A DNA stretch of 28,433 bases from Candidatus Micrarchaeia archaeon (GTDB taxonomy: Archaea; Micrarchaeota; Micrarchaeia; Burarchaeales; JACRGF01). Below, in pieces: positions 8,627 to 17,430 of this stretch (positions are counted from its first letter, which is position 1; every line of letters begins with the position of its first letter). A program made the translations under genes and the position numbers. The stretch covers positions 1-28,433 of the forward strand of contig JAWCPB010000012.1 of NCBI GenBank assembly GCA_038870455.1, read 5' to 3'. The notes under the pieces were generated by a model. That model saw only the letters and a list, made by a program, of their open reading frames with translations. It searched no databases and was not told the origin of the DNA.

Positions 8627-9092
8627 AAACAACCGCCACCTCATCGCATTCGGCGAACTTGGGGCAGCGTATGCAGTCGCTCCATATCTTCATGGGCAGC
8701 GTGTTCCTCTCGACTCTGCGGAAGCCCAGCCTCTCGAAAAAGCCGGGGATGAGCGTGAGCGCGAACACGCGCTTGAGCCTCAGCCTCCGGGCCTCTTGAA
8801 GGCACGCCCTGACGAGCGCGCTGCCTATCCCTCGCCTCTGCCACCGCGGCGCGACCGCGAGCGATCGAATCTCCCCCAAGTCTTTCCAATAGATGTGCAG
8901 CGCGCAGCATCCGACAGGCTTTTCCCCCACGCGCGCGACATAAAAATCCCTTATGTGCTCGTACACTTCGCTGAGCGGGCGCGGGAGCAGCCTGGCCTTC
9001 TTCGTGTACATCTCGACGAGGCGCGAGATTTCCTCAGCGTCGTGAATACGCGCGCGGCCTATTTCCGTGTCCGCGTGCTTTGCCGCGCTCAT
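8616..9092 (-). CDS. argA: Short GNAT-type N-acetylglutamate synthase
   Basis: MSAAKH...LLPRPLSEVYEHIRDF...EIRSLAV...QRRGIG...LPMKIWSDCIRCPKFAECDE. ATGA overlap with the argD stop. Confidence 0.85.
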   Translation of the reverse strand: MSAAKHADTEIGRARIHDAEEISRLVEMYTKKARLLPRPLSEVYEHIRDFYVARVGEKPVGCCALHIYWKDLGEIRSLAVAPRWQRRGIGSALVRACLQEARRLRLKRVFALTLIPGFFERLGFRRVERNTLPMKIWSDCIRCPKFAECDEVAVVYEL

Positions 9093-10255
9093 CCTCCTTT
9101 CCTCACTACCCTCTCGAATTTTTCGGCGACCGTCTCCAGCTCCTTCTCGCTCGCCACCAGCGGCGGAGTGAAGCGGACGACGAAATCGCTCGGGCAGGAT
9201 GACAGCACGCGCGCGGCGGCCAGCCTCTCGCAGTAGGGCCTGGCCCGCTCGCGCAGCTCCACGCCGACAAGCAGGCCTTTTCCCCGCACCTCTTTTATCA
9301 GCCCGCTCTTTATCTCCCCGAGCCTGCGCAGGAACCTCGCCCCATTTTTCGCCGCTTTTTCCGCGAGCCTCTCCCTCCTTATCACCCTGATGCTGGCGAG
9401 CGCGGCCGCGCATGCGAGCGAGTTTCCCCCGAAAGTGCTGCCGTGGTCTCCCTTCTCGAACTTTTCCGCCACATCCCCTCGTGCGAGCATTCCCCCCATG
9501 GGGAACCCGCCGGCGATGCCTTTCGCCACGCATACGATGTCCGGCTCCACCCCATAGAGCTGGCTGGCGAACATCCGCCCGCATCTTCCGAAGCCCGTCT
9601 GCACTTCGTCGGCGATAAGCAGCACATCCCGCTCGCTGCAGAGCTCGCGCAGCTCGCGCAGGTACCCCTCGCTCGGCACATTCACCCCGCCTTCCCCTTG
9701 AATCGGCTCGACAATCACCGCAGCCGTTTCCTCGTTTATCGCTTTCCTCACCGCGCCCGCGTTGTTGAACGGCACCCTCCGCACGCCGGGCACGAGGGGC
9801 TCGAACGGCTGCCTGTACTTGGGCTTCCAGGTGAGCGAAAGCGCGCCCATCGTCCTGCCGTGAAAGCCGTCCTCCATCGTAATAATCTCCTTCTTTTTCG
9901 TCGCCTTTCGGGCAAGCTTGAAAGCCGCCTCCACGGCCTCTGCTCCGGAGTTACACAGGAAGGCGCGCGCCCTCTTCATGGGCGCAATCTTTGCCAGCTC
10001 GGCGCACAGCCCTGCCTGCTCGCTCGTGTAGTACCAGTTGCTGGCCTGCCACAGCCTGCCCGCCTGCTCCCTGAGCGCCCGGACGACTGCGGGATGGCAG
10101 TGCCCGATATTCAGCACAGCAACCCCCCCAGTGCAGTCGATGTATTCTCTTCCGCGGTCGTCCCACACCCGCGCGCCCTCGCCCCTCGCAAGGACGATTT
10201 TGAACCTGTTGTAAACCTGCATGGAATATTTTGCATCCAGTTCTATCGCGTTCAC
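9089..10255 (-). CDS. argD: Acetylornithine aminotransferase
   Basis: Class III PLP motifs NSGAEA, FHGRT, EPIQGEGG, DEVQTG, AKGIAGG. Lies in the arg operon. Confidence 0.93.
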   Translation of the reverse strand: MNAIELDAKYSMQVYNRFKIVLARGEGARVWDDRGREYIDCTGGVAVLNIGHCHPAVVRALREQAGRLWQASNWYYTSEQAGLCAELAKIAPMKRARAFLCNSGAEAVEAAFKLARKATKKKEIITMEDGFHGRTMGALSLTWKPKYRQPFEPLVPGVRRVPFNNAGAVRKAINEETAAVIVEPIQGEGGVNVPSEGYLRELRELCSERDVLLIADEVQTGFGRCGRMFASQLYGVEPDIVCVAKGIAGGFPMGGMLARGDVAEKFEKGDHGSTFGGNSLACAAALASIRVIRRERLAEKAAKNGARFLRRLGEIKSGLIKEVRGKGLLVGVELRERARPYCERLAAARVLSSCPSDFVVRFTPPLVASEKELETVAEKFERVVRKGG

Positions 10256-11070
10256 GCAACCACCATCGTGCCCCCGCCCTTCAGCGCGTTCTCAACCGGC
10301 CTTGCCGTCCTTCCGTCCGCCAGCACTATCCTCCTCGCGCCCGCCTTCCAGGCATCGACGCATGCCTCCAGCTTGGCCACCATGCCCCCGTGCACTTTTT
10401 TCTCAGCCAGCAGCCTCTGTATTTCCCTCACGCTCATTTTTTTCACGACGCTTCTCTCATCCCCCTCGTCCGCCAGAAAACCAGGCACGTCGGTGAGCAG
10501 CACGAGCCAGTCGCACCGCAGCTGCGCCGCGAGCACCCCGGCCAGCTCGTCTCCATTTACGTTCAGGCACTCGTCCTCCTCCCCCTGCGCGATGCACGCG
10601 ACCACGGGGATGAACTTGTTTTTCAGCAGGAAATTGAACAGCTCCTTATTCACCTTTTTCGTCAAGCCCGTGAAGCCAATCCACTCTTTTTTCGTCTCGC
10701 CGCCCTCCTCCCACTCCGTGTACTCCTGCTTTCGCGCGACAATCGCGCTGCTCTCGTTTCCGTTCACCCCAATCGCTTTTCCGCCAAACTTTCCCACCAG
10801 GTAGCAAAGGTGTGCATTCACCCCGCCCGCGATGACGTTTCTCATGAGCTCCATTGTAGCCTTATCGGTCACCCTCCACGGCCTGGGCTTCCCCACCCAC
10901 CGCTGCTTTATCCCGAGCCTCTCCGCAACTCGGTTGACTTCCCTCCCCCCGCCATGCACGAAGATGAGCCGGTTCCTCTCCGCCAGCCTGACGACATCCC
11001 TCACAACACCGGCCACGGTCTCCTCGTTGTCCAGCAGGCTTCCGCCGATCTTCACAACTATCTTCATCAC
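10252..11070 (-). CDS. argB: Acetylglutamate kinase
   Basis: VKIGGS, VHGGG, RVTD, LNVNGDE, LLTDVPG, GGMVAKL. GTGA overlaps on both sides. Confidence 0.92.
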   Translation of the reverse strand: MMKIVVKIGGSLLDNEETVAGVVRDVVRLAERNRLIFVHGGGREVNRVAERLGIKQRWVGKPRPWRVTDKATMELMRNVIAGGVNAHLCYLVGKFGGKAIGVNGNESSAIVARKQEYTEWEEGGETKKEWIGFTGLTKKVNKELFNFLLKNKFIPVVACIAQGEEDECLNVNGDELAGVLAAQLRCDWLVLLTDVPGFLADEGDERSVVKKMSVREIQRLLAEKKVHGGMVAKLEACVDAWKAGARRIVLADGRTARPVENALKGGGTMVVA

Positions 11071-12242
11071 AGCCCCTCGTACGCCGCGTTTTCAGTGATG
11101 TAATCGTAAGTGAGGTCGCACGTCCAGACGAACCCCTTCGCCTTCCCAGCTTTGGCATCCACCTCAATCACAACCCCCTCTTCCTCCAGCCTTTCCCTCG
11201 CAGCATCCTCCCTGCCTGTGGAAACGCCGTTTCTCACCACCTTCACCCCGTTCATTGTTATATCCATTCTCTCACTCACCCTCGCCCCGCTCCTGCCCGC
11301 TGCCGCGGCTATCCTGCCCCAGTTCGCGTCCTCCCCGAAAACCGCCGTCTTAACGAGGTTCGAATTGGCAATCGCTTTCGCAATGCGCTGCGCCTCCTCC
11401 TCGTTCGCCGCGCCATTCACCCTCACCTCGATGAACTTGCTCGCTCCCTCGCCGTCATGCACGATCATCCTCGCCAGCTCCTGGCAGAGGGAGGTTAGTG
11501 TCTTCTCGAATTCCCTATAATCCCCGCCCACGCTGCTTATTTCCCTGTTTCCGGCCCGGCCGTTCGCCAGGATGATGACCGTATCGTTCGTGCTCATGTC
11601 TCCATCCACGCTTATCCTGTTGAAGCTCTGCCCCACAGCAGCGGCGAGCGCCTTCCTCAGCAGGCTTCCCTTTATGAGCGCATCGGTGGCTATGATGCAC
11701 ACCATCGTCGCCATGTTCGGGCATATCATGCCGGCTCCCTTGCAAATTGCGCCTATCCTGACCGCCCGGCCGCCCACCGCCACCTCCCGGTAGGCCGCCT
11801 TCATTCTCGTGTCGGTCGTCATGATGGCCCGCGCGGCGTGCTCCCACCGATTCGCCGGCCTTTTGACAAGCCTCCTTATCCCCTCGCGTATTTTCGCCAT
11901 GGGCAGCCTCTTGCCGATGATGCCCGTGCTCGCACACAGCACGAGCCTCTCGCTTATCCCCAGCTCGCTCGCGACCAGCGCACACATTTTTCTCGCGTCA
12001 GCAATTCCCTGCTTTCCATTGCACGCGTTTGCGTTCCCAGAGTTTATGAGGATGGCCTGCGCCATCCCCTTCCGCAGTTTTTCCTTATCCACTTTTATGT
12101 GCGCGCCCGTCACCTTGTTCGTCGTGAAGACGCCCGCGGCTCTCGCGGGCGAGTCGGAGAAAATCAGCGCGAGGTCCCTATTCCTGTATTTTATGCCGCA
12201 GTGCACGCCGGCCGCGCCGAAACCGCGGACTCTCGTTATCAC
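11067..12242 (-). CDS. argJ: Ornithine acetyltransferase / N-acetylglutamate synthase
   Basis: NSGNANA, STGIIG, IMTTDT, KGAGMICPNMATM (autocleavage Thr), DGDMSTND, DGEGA, WTCDLTYDYITENAAY. Confidence 0.96.
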   Translation of the reverse strand: MITRVRGFGAAGVHCGIKYRNRDLALIFSDSPARAAGVFTTNKVTGAHIKVDKEKLRKGMAQAILINSGNANACNGKQGIADARKMCALVASELGISERLVLCASTGIIGKRLPMAKIREGIRRLVKRPANRWEHAARAIMTTDTRMKAAYREVAVGGRAVRIGAICKGAGMICPNMATMVCIIATDALIKGSLLRKALAAAVGQSFNRISVDGDMSTNDTVIILANGRAGNREISSVGGDYREFEKTLTSLCQELARMIVHDGEGASKFIEVRVNGAANEEEAQRIAKAIANSNLVKTAVFGEDANWGRIAAAAGRSGARVSERMDITMNGVKVVRNGVSTGREDAARERLEEEGVVIEVDAKAGKAKGFVWTCDLTYDYITENAAYEGL

Positions 12243-12263
12243 GCCATGCTTTCATCGCTTCGC

Positions 12264-12270
12264 TTTAAAA
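12264..12270. promoter_or_regulatory. TATA box centred between divergent argJ and dapF
   Basis: TTTAAAA lies about 22 bp from both starts (12242 minus, 12293 plus). Confidence 0.6.
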
Positions 12271-12292
12271 CAATTCCGTGCATAATTTTCTC

Positions 12293-13099
12293 ATGCGGTT
12301 GAAATTCTCGAAGTGGCAGGGCACGGGCAACGACTTCATCATCATAGACGAGTGGGCGGGCGAGCTCGTCCCGGAGAAGGAAAAGAAGCCGCTTGCCGTG
12401 CGGCTGTGCGACCGGCACTTCGGCGTGGGCGCGGACGGCATCCTGTTCGTCTCCAAAAGCACGAAGGCGAGCGCGCGCATGCGCATCATAAACAACGATG
12501 GCAGCGAGGCGGAGATGTGCGGCAACGGGATCAGGTGCGTCGCCCTGTTCCTGAAGCAGAAGCGCTATGTGAAGAAAAGCAAATTCACGATCGAGACGCT
12601 CGCGGGCATCATGGAGCCCGAAATAAAAAACGGCCTCGTGCGCGTCAGGATGGCCACCCCGAGAGTGGAGGGCTTGGATGAAATGCTTTTCATCGAAGAC
12701 CAGATCATACGCTATGCTGCGGTCAACATGGGCAACCCGCACGCAGTCGTTTTCGTTGAGGACGTCTCCAACGCCCCGCTCCTGGCGCTCGGCCCAAAGA
12801 TAGAATCCCATCCGCGTTTTCCGAACCAGACCAACGTGCATTTCGTTCAAGTGCTTTCCCGCACGCAGGTTAAGGCCGTTCATTGGGAGAGGGGAGCGGG
12901 CGCGACGCTCGCGTGCGGCACAGGCGCGTGCGCGGTCGCCACGGCCGCCCACCTGAAAGGAAAAACCGATTCCGCTGTGGAGGTGCTCGTGCCCGGCGGC
13001 TCGCTGCACGTCGAGCTTGAGATGAAAAACGGCAAGCCGACGGCCTGCTTCCTGACCGGCCCTGCGCAGAATGTTTTTGAGGGAAAAGCAGAGATATGA
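12293..13099 (+). CDS. dapF: Diaminopimelate epimerase
   Basis: GTGNDF, GADG, MCGNGIRC, NMGNPH, ERGAGATLACGTGA; both catalytic Cys present. ATG 12293 preferred over GTG 12278. Confidence 0.96.
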   Translation: MRLKFSKWQGTGNDFIIIDEWAGELVPEKEKKPLAVRLCDRHFGVGADGILFVSKSTKASARMRIINNDGSEAEMCGNGIRCVALFLKQKRYVKKSKFTIETLAGIMEPEIKNGLVRVRMATPRVEGLDEMLFIEDQIIRYAAVNMGNPHAVVFVEDVSNAPLLALGPKIESHPRFPNQTNVHFVQVLSRTQVKAVHWERGAGATLACGTGACAVATAAHLKGKTDSAVEVLVPGGSLHVELEMKNGKPTACFLTGPAQNVFEGKAEI

Positions 13100-13100
13100 A

Positions 13101-14405
13101 TCAGAGACCCTTGGGCACTCTCTGGTTTAGCAGGAGCTCCTCGAACGCCTGCCGCTCTCTCACAAGAAATGCCTTCCCCCTCCTCACAAGCACTTCCGCG
13201 GGCAGCGGCCTCATGTTATAGTTGCTGGCCATGGCCATCCCGTACGCGCCCGCGCACAGGAAAGCTATGACATCGCCTTCTTTAACCACCGGAAGGTGCC
13301 GATCCCTCGCCAGCACATCGCCGCTTTCACAGATGTTCCCAACCACATCGGCTTTCTCAGCCTGCCCGCCCGCCACGTTGTTCGCAACCACAGCCTCGTG
13401 CCAGGCGCCGTACATCGCCGGCCTGGCCAGCACGTTGAAGCCGGCATCCACCGCGACGAATTTTTTTGCCGCACCCTCCTTTACTGTCTGCACGCGCGCC
13501 AGCAGCACGCCCGCGTTCCCAACGATGTACCTGCCGGGCTCTATTTTCACCTCAAGGTTTCCCAATCCAAGCCTTTTCGCTTCTTTTTTCACCATCGGCA
13601 TGACCGCTCCCGCAACCGTTTTTGGCTCCAATACCCTTTCTCCCCTCCTGTAGCGAATGCCGATGCCTCCCCCCAGATCAACAAACCGCAGGCGCACGCC
13701 GATATCCTTTAGCTCCCCGCACAGCCGCATCAGCTTGGCCGCGGCCTGCGCGAACGGCCGCGCCTCCAGAATCTGCGAGCCGATGTGCGTGTGAACTCCG
13801 ATGGGTTCTACGAAGTTCGCCGCAAGCGCTTTCTCGTAAGCCTCCACAACCCTGTCCATGGGTATTCCGAACTTGCTTTCTCTTCTGCCCGTCTGCCAGC
13901 CCGCGTGCGTCGCGGCAACAACATCCGGATTCACGCGGAAGCACACGAGCGCTTTCTTCCCCTCCTCGCCGGCAATCTCCTCAACCTGTTCCACTTCGCT
14001 CTCGGCATCCAGCGTGATGATGACGCCATTCTCTATCGCGAATTTTATCTCCTCCCTTGATTTCGTGTTTATCGTGAAAATCATCTTCCTGCCCTTGAAG
14101 CCAGCCCTCAGTGCAAGAAGCATCTCCCCGCCAGAAACACAGTCAACGCCCGCCCCTTCCCTTCTCAGCAGTTCGAGAAGGGCTAGGCTAGCATTGGCTT
14201 TCGCCGCGTAGTGCACGGTGACGTTTGGGTAGAATTTCCTGTACGCATCGCTGATTCTCCTGTAATTCTCAATCACTTTGTCCGCATTCATCACATACAG
14301 CGGCGTTCCGAATCTGTCCGCTAGCCTGCATGCGTCCGCCTCCCTAATGAACAGGCGGTTGCCCTTCACTTCGAGGTGCCCCTTTTCCTCCCACCATTGC
14401 GGCAT
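13101..14405 (-). CDS. lysA: Diaminopimelate decarboxylase
   Basis: YAAKAN, SKFG, HTHIGSQ, DLGGG, EPGRY, CESGD, MASNYN. Confidence 0.97.
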   Translation of the reverse strand: MPQWWEEKGHLEVKGNRLFIREADACRLADRFGTPLYVMNADKVIENYRRISDAYRKFYPNVTVHYAAKANASLALLELLRREGAGVDCVSGGEMLLALRAGFKGRKMIFTINTKSREEIKFAIENGVIITLDAESEVEQVEEIAGEEGKKALVCFRVNPDVVAATHAGWQTGRRESKFGIPMDRVVEAYEKALAANFVEPIGVHTHIGSQILEARPFAQAAAKLMRLCGELKDIGVRLRFVDLGGGIGIRYRRGERVLEPKTVAGAVMPMVKKEAKRLGLGNLEVKIEPGRYIVGNAGVLLARVQTVKEGAAKKFVAVDAGFNVLARPAMYGAWHEAVVANNVAGGQAEKADVVGNICESGDVLARDRHLPVVKEGDVIAFLCAGAYGMAMASNYNMRPLPAEVLVRRGKAFLVRERQAFEELLLNQRVPKGL

Positions 14406-15563
14406 CTAAATCACTCCCGCGAGCCTCTCAACGGCTTCCTTTATGCGCTCCCTCGGCTGCGTGAGCGCAAACCTCACATAGCCCTCGCCCGTTCCGCCGA
14501 AGCCGGCGCCTGGCGTCACCACGACGTTCGCCTGAAGCGCTTTTTTGGCGAACTCGACGCTGTTCCCGCCCGGCGCTCTCGTCCAGACGTAGAAGGTTGC
14601 GAGGGGAAGCCTTGTCTTGAGCCCGATTTTGTTGAGTCCTCTCACAAGAATTTTTCTCCTTCGCGCGAATTCCCTCACCCTCTTCTCCACTTCCTTTGGC
14701 CTCTGGCTTCCCGCATAGCTGTCGAGCGCCTCGGCAGCCATTTTCTGCACGTAAACGGGCGGGCCCGAGTCTATCTGCGATTTTATTCTCCGCAGCCCTT
14801 CGATGAGCTCGGCGTTTCCGACCGCGAACCCTATCCTGTCGCCCGTGACGCAGAACGTTTTCGACAGCGAGTGGAACTCGATGACGTTGCGCGTGAATTC
14901 GAGCATGCTGGGCGCGCGGTAGTCATCAAACGTCAGCTCGCAGTACGCGTTGTCGTAGCAGAGTATCGTTCTCGTTTCTTCACAGTAGTCGACGACTCCT
15001 TCGAGCGTGTCGCGTGCTGCAACCGCGCCCGTGGGGTTGTTGGGGTAGTTGAGGTAGAGCAGGCGCGCGCCCGTGGGCGTGAAGTGCTCCACCCTGGCCT
15101 GGAAATCGTTTTCCTCTAGTAGCGGGAACGCCACGGGCTTGCCGTCGCTCAGCAGCGCCGCGCCCTGGCCATACACTGGATAGGCCGGTTCGGGCACGAG
15201 CACGGCGTCGCCAGAATTCACGAACGCCCTTGCGAGATTGGCCAGCCCCTCCTTGCTGCCGATGAGCGCGATGACCTCCTTCTGCGGATCGACTTCCACC
15301 CCGAACCTCTTTTTCATCCACCGCGCGCACGCTTCTCGGAAAACCGGCTCCCCCTGCGACAGCGAATAGTTGTGATTCTTTGGATTTTTTGCCTCGCGGG
15401 CGAGCGCGCGCAGTATGAACTTGGGCGGGGGCAGATCAGGATCGCCTATCCCAAGGTTTATGATGTCCGCTCCCGCAGCCTTCTTCTCCGCAACCGCCTT
15501 CTCTATTTCCGCGAACAGGTAGGGCGGAAGCCGCCTCACCCTCTCGCTGTACTCAAACGCCAT
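14406..15563 (-). CDS. dapL: LL-diaminopimelate aminotransferase (class I PLP)
   Basis: LPPYLFAEI, LGIGDPD, GSKEG, NYPNNPTG, DNAY, IEFHSLSKT..TG.RIGF. Abuts lysA in a dap cluster with no dapD/dapE in view. Confidence 0.88.
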   Translation of the reverse strand: MAFEYSERVRRLPPYLFAEIEKAVAEKKAAGADIINLGIGDPDLPPPKFILRALAREAKNPKNHNYSLSQGEPVFREACARWMKKRFGVEVDPQKEVIALIGSKEGLANLARAFVNSGDAVLVPEPAYPVYGQGAALLSDGKPVAFPLLEENDFQARVEHFTPTGARLLYLNYPNNPTGAVAARDTLEGVVDYCEETRTILCYDNAYCELTFDDYRAPSMLEFTRNVIEFHSLSKTFCVTGDRIGFAVGNAELIEGLRRIKSQIDSGPPVYVQKMAAEALDSYAGSQRPKEVEKRVREFARRRKILVRGLNKIGLKTRLPLATFYVWTRAPGGNSVEFAKKALQANVVVTPGAGFGGTGEGYVRFALTQPRERIKEAVERLAGVI

Positions 15564-15583
15564 GCCCTCATTTCCTCCAAAGC

Positions 15584-15591
15584 TTTTTAAA
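15584..15591. promoter_or_regulatory. TATA box centred between divergent dapL and membrane-protein gene
   Basis: TTTTTAAA lies about 20-23 bp from both starts. Confidence 0.55.
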
Positions 15592-15613
15592 CAACTTTTC
15601 CTAAACCGTTGCC

Positions 15614-16450
15614 GTGCCCGATGTACTGCGCGCCATCATCGATGCCTTTGAGTTGTGGAAAAATAATTGGCAGAAATTCATCACTGCGTACATCATACTC
15701 TTCGTCATCGGCCTTGTTTTCGGCGTAATCGATTTCCTCATTGGCTTTTTTCAGAATGCGTTGTGCTCTTCGGAAGACCCGGCCGCGTTCCTCGCCTTGT
15801 GCGTTTTTCCCCAGCTTATTCCCTACGTCTTTGGCGCTCTCAAGGGCTTTCTGAGCCTCATCATCGCGCTCGCGGTCATCAGGCCTTTCTACGAGCTTTC
15901 CGAGAGAAAGCCGGTGAGCGACTGGGCGGGCCACTTTCTCCCGCAGCTTTCCAACGCCATTAAGATACTCATACTGCGTTTCGCCGTCTCCCTCGCGGCC
16001 TTCACCCCGATCGGCGTCGTGCTGGCCCTCAACCTCTCGGCGCTCCTCGCGCTGGCCGCAAGCGGGGCCAAAGGCCCCGCATTTCTCTCTGTTCTTCCAA
16101 CTGTTGCCCTCGTCTCCTTCATCGCATCTGCGCTCTTTGGCATTGTCTTCCTTTTCATTGCCAATTTCCTGCTGACTTTCCTGGAAATCGAGGTCGTCCT
16201 CTCGAGGCCGGACGTCATACGGGCCGCTGGGGCAAGCCTCGCGCTCGTAAAGCAAAATCTTCTCGATGTGTTCATCTTCGGCTTGGTCTGGGCAGGCGTT
16301 GGATTTGGCGTTGGCGTGCTCTCGCTTTTCCTCTGCGCCACGATTGTCCTCATTCCGGTTATCTTTCTCATTCAGTCCTTTGTCCTCGCCCCCGTCTATA
16401 CGCTCTCAAGCATTCTGCTCTGGAAGCAGCTGAGGCCGGGCGCGCCTTAG
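15614..16450 (+). CDS. Uncharacterised polytopic membrane protein
   Basis: 278 aa with about 5-6 hydrophobic segments. Fills the dapL-dapA gap and overlaps the dapA stop by 4 bp. Confidence 0.8.
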   Translation: MPDVLRAIIDAFELWKNNWQKFITAYIILFVIGLVFGVIDFLIGFFQNALCSSEDPAAFLALCVFPQLIPYVFGALKGFLSLIIALAVIRPFYELSERKPVSDWAGHFLPQLSNAIKILILRFAVSLAAFTPIGVVLALNLSALLALAASGAKGPAFLSVLPTVALVSFIASALFGIVFLFIANFLLTFLEIEVVLSRPDVIRAAGASLALVKQNLLDVFIFGLVWAGVGFGVGVLSLFLCATIVLIPVIFLIQSFVLAPVYTLSSILLWKQLRPGAP

Positions 16451-17343
16451 GAAACCAGCCCGTACTTCTTGAGCGTCTCGCGAATCCTTATCCTGTTGTC
16501 GTTTGTCGTCTCGCACAGCGGCAGCCTGAACCCCCCGCCAGGCAGGCCCATGATGTTCAGCGCCTCCTTGACGGGCACGGGGTTGGTGTCGATGAACAGC
16601 ACTTCGAACAGCTCCTTGAGCGCGCCGTGCTCCTGCGCCATGTCCTCAAACTTTCCTTCCAGCCCGTACCGCACGAACGCCTTCATTCGCTTGGGCGCGA
16701 TGTTGCTGGCCACGCTGATGACCCCGCGACCGCCGTACTCATGCATGAGAGTGTAAGTGTCGCCATCGTTGCCCGAAAGGATGAGGAAGTTTGGCCCGCA
16801 GGCTTCGCGGATGGCCTTCCACACTTCTGGCTTTCCGCTCGCTTCCTTGACGCCAATGATGTTGCTGTATTCCTTGGCCAGCCTGGCCATGGTCTGCGGG
16901 GCGATCTCCCTGCCTGACCTCGATGGTATGTTATACAGGATGTGCGGTATGTCCACGGCCTCTGCGACCGCCGCGAAGTGCCTGTAAAGCCCCTCTTGGC
17001 TGGGCCTGTTGTAATACGGGCAAACTTGGAGCGTGGCGTGCGCGCCAGCGTCTTTTGCGTGCTTGCTCATGGCGATGGCTTCCCAAGTGCAGTTGCTGCC
17101 CGTTCCTGCAATGACCTTCCCCTTGCAGCCTTCGATGGTCAGGTCGATGAGCCTGTTGTGCTCGGCGTGGCTCGTGGTGGGCGACTCGCCGGTCGTGCCG
17201 CACGGCACGATGCCGTCAACCCCGCCCTCGTTCTGGAACTCGACGAGCCTGCGGAAGCCCTGCCAATCCACCCTGGTCCTGGCACCAGTGCCCTTGTACG
17301 GGGTGACTATCGCGGTAAAGCACCCCTCAAACCCTCCAGCCAT
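16447..17343 (-). CDS. dapA: 4-hydroxy-tetrahydrodipicolinate synthase
   Basis: GTTGES, GTGSN, PYYN, LYNIPSR, GVKEAS, SGND, TNPVPVK. GAGGTGA RBS. Confidence 0.97.
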   Translation of the reverse strand: MAGGFEGCFTAIVTPYKGTGARTRVDWQGFRRLVEFQNEGGVDGIVPCGTTGESPTTSHAEHNRLIDLTIEGCKGKVIAGTGSNCTWEAIAMSKHAKDAGAHATLQVCPYYNRPSQEGLYRHFAAVAEAVDIPHILYNIPSRSGREIAPQTMARLAKEYSNIIGVKEASGKPEVWKAIREACGPNFLILSGNDGDTYTLMHEYGGRGVISVASNIAPKRMKAFVRYGLEGKFEDMAQEHGALKELFEVLFIDTNPVPVKEALNIMGLPGGGFRLPLCETTNDNRIRIRETLKKYGLVS

Positions 17344-17390
17344 ACTCTCACCTCGTGCAAAAAAGCACGCAGTTAGTATATTAACAAGCT

Positions 17391-17429
17391 AATTTAAATA
17401 CTTTTCGTATAAAAAATACGGAATTCGTA
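17391..17429 (-). promoter_or_regulatory. dapA promoter (BRE+TATA) with putative Lrp-family operator
   Basis: Minus strand CGAAAAG-TATTTAAAT; palindrome TACG-GAATT-CGTA at 17417-17429; CGTAT-A5-ATACG at 17406-17420. Confidence 0.65.
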
Positions 17430-17430
17430 A

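Noticed and set aside
9093-9584. N-terminal extension of the GNAT ORF (322 aa)
   Set aside because: Overlaps argD; the ATGA-coupled start at 9092 gives a normal short ArgA.
9443-10804. Long antisense ORFs (e.g. 453 aa here, 431 aa at 20033, 345 aa at 21780, 405 aa at 24036)
   Set aside because: Shadows of real genes, expected in GC-rich DNA; no motifs.
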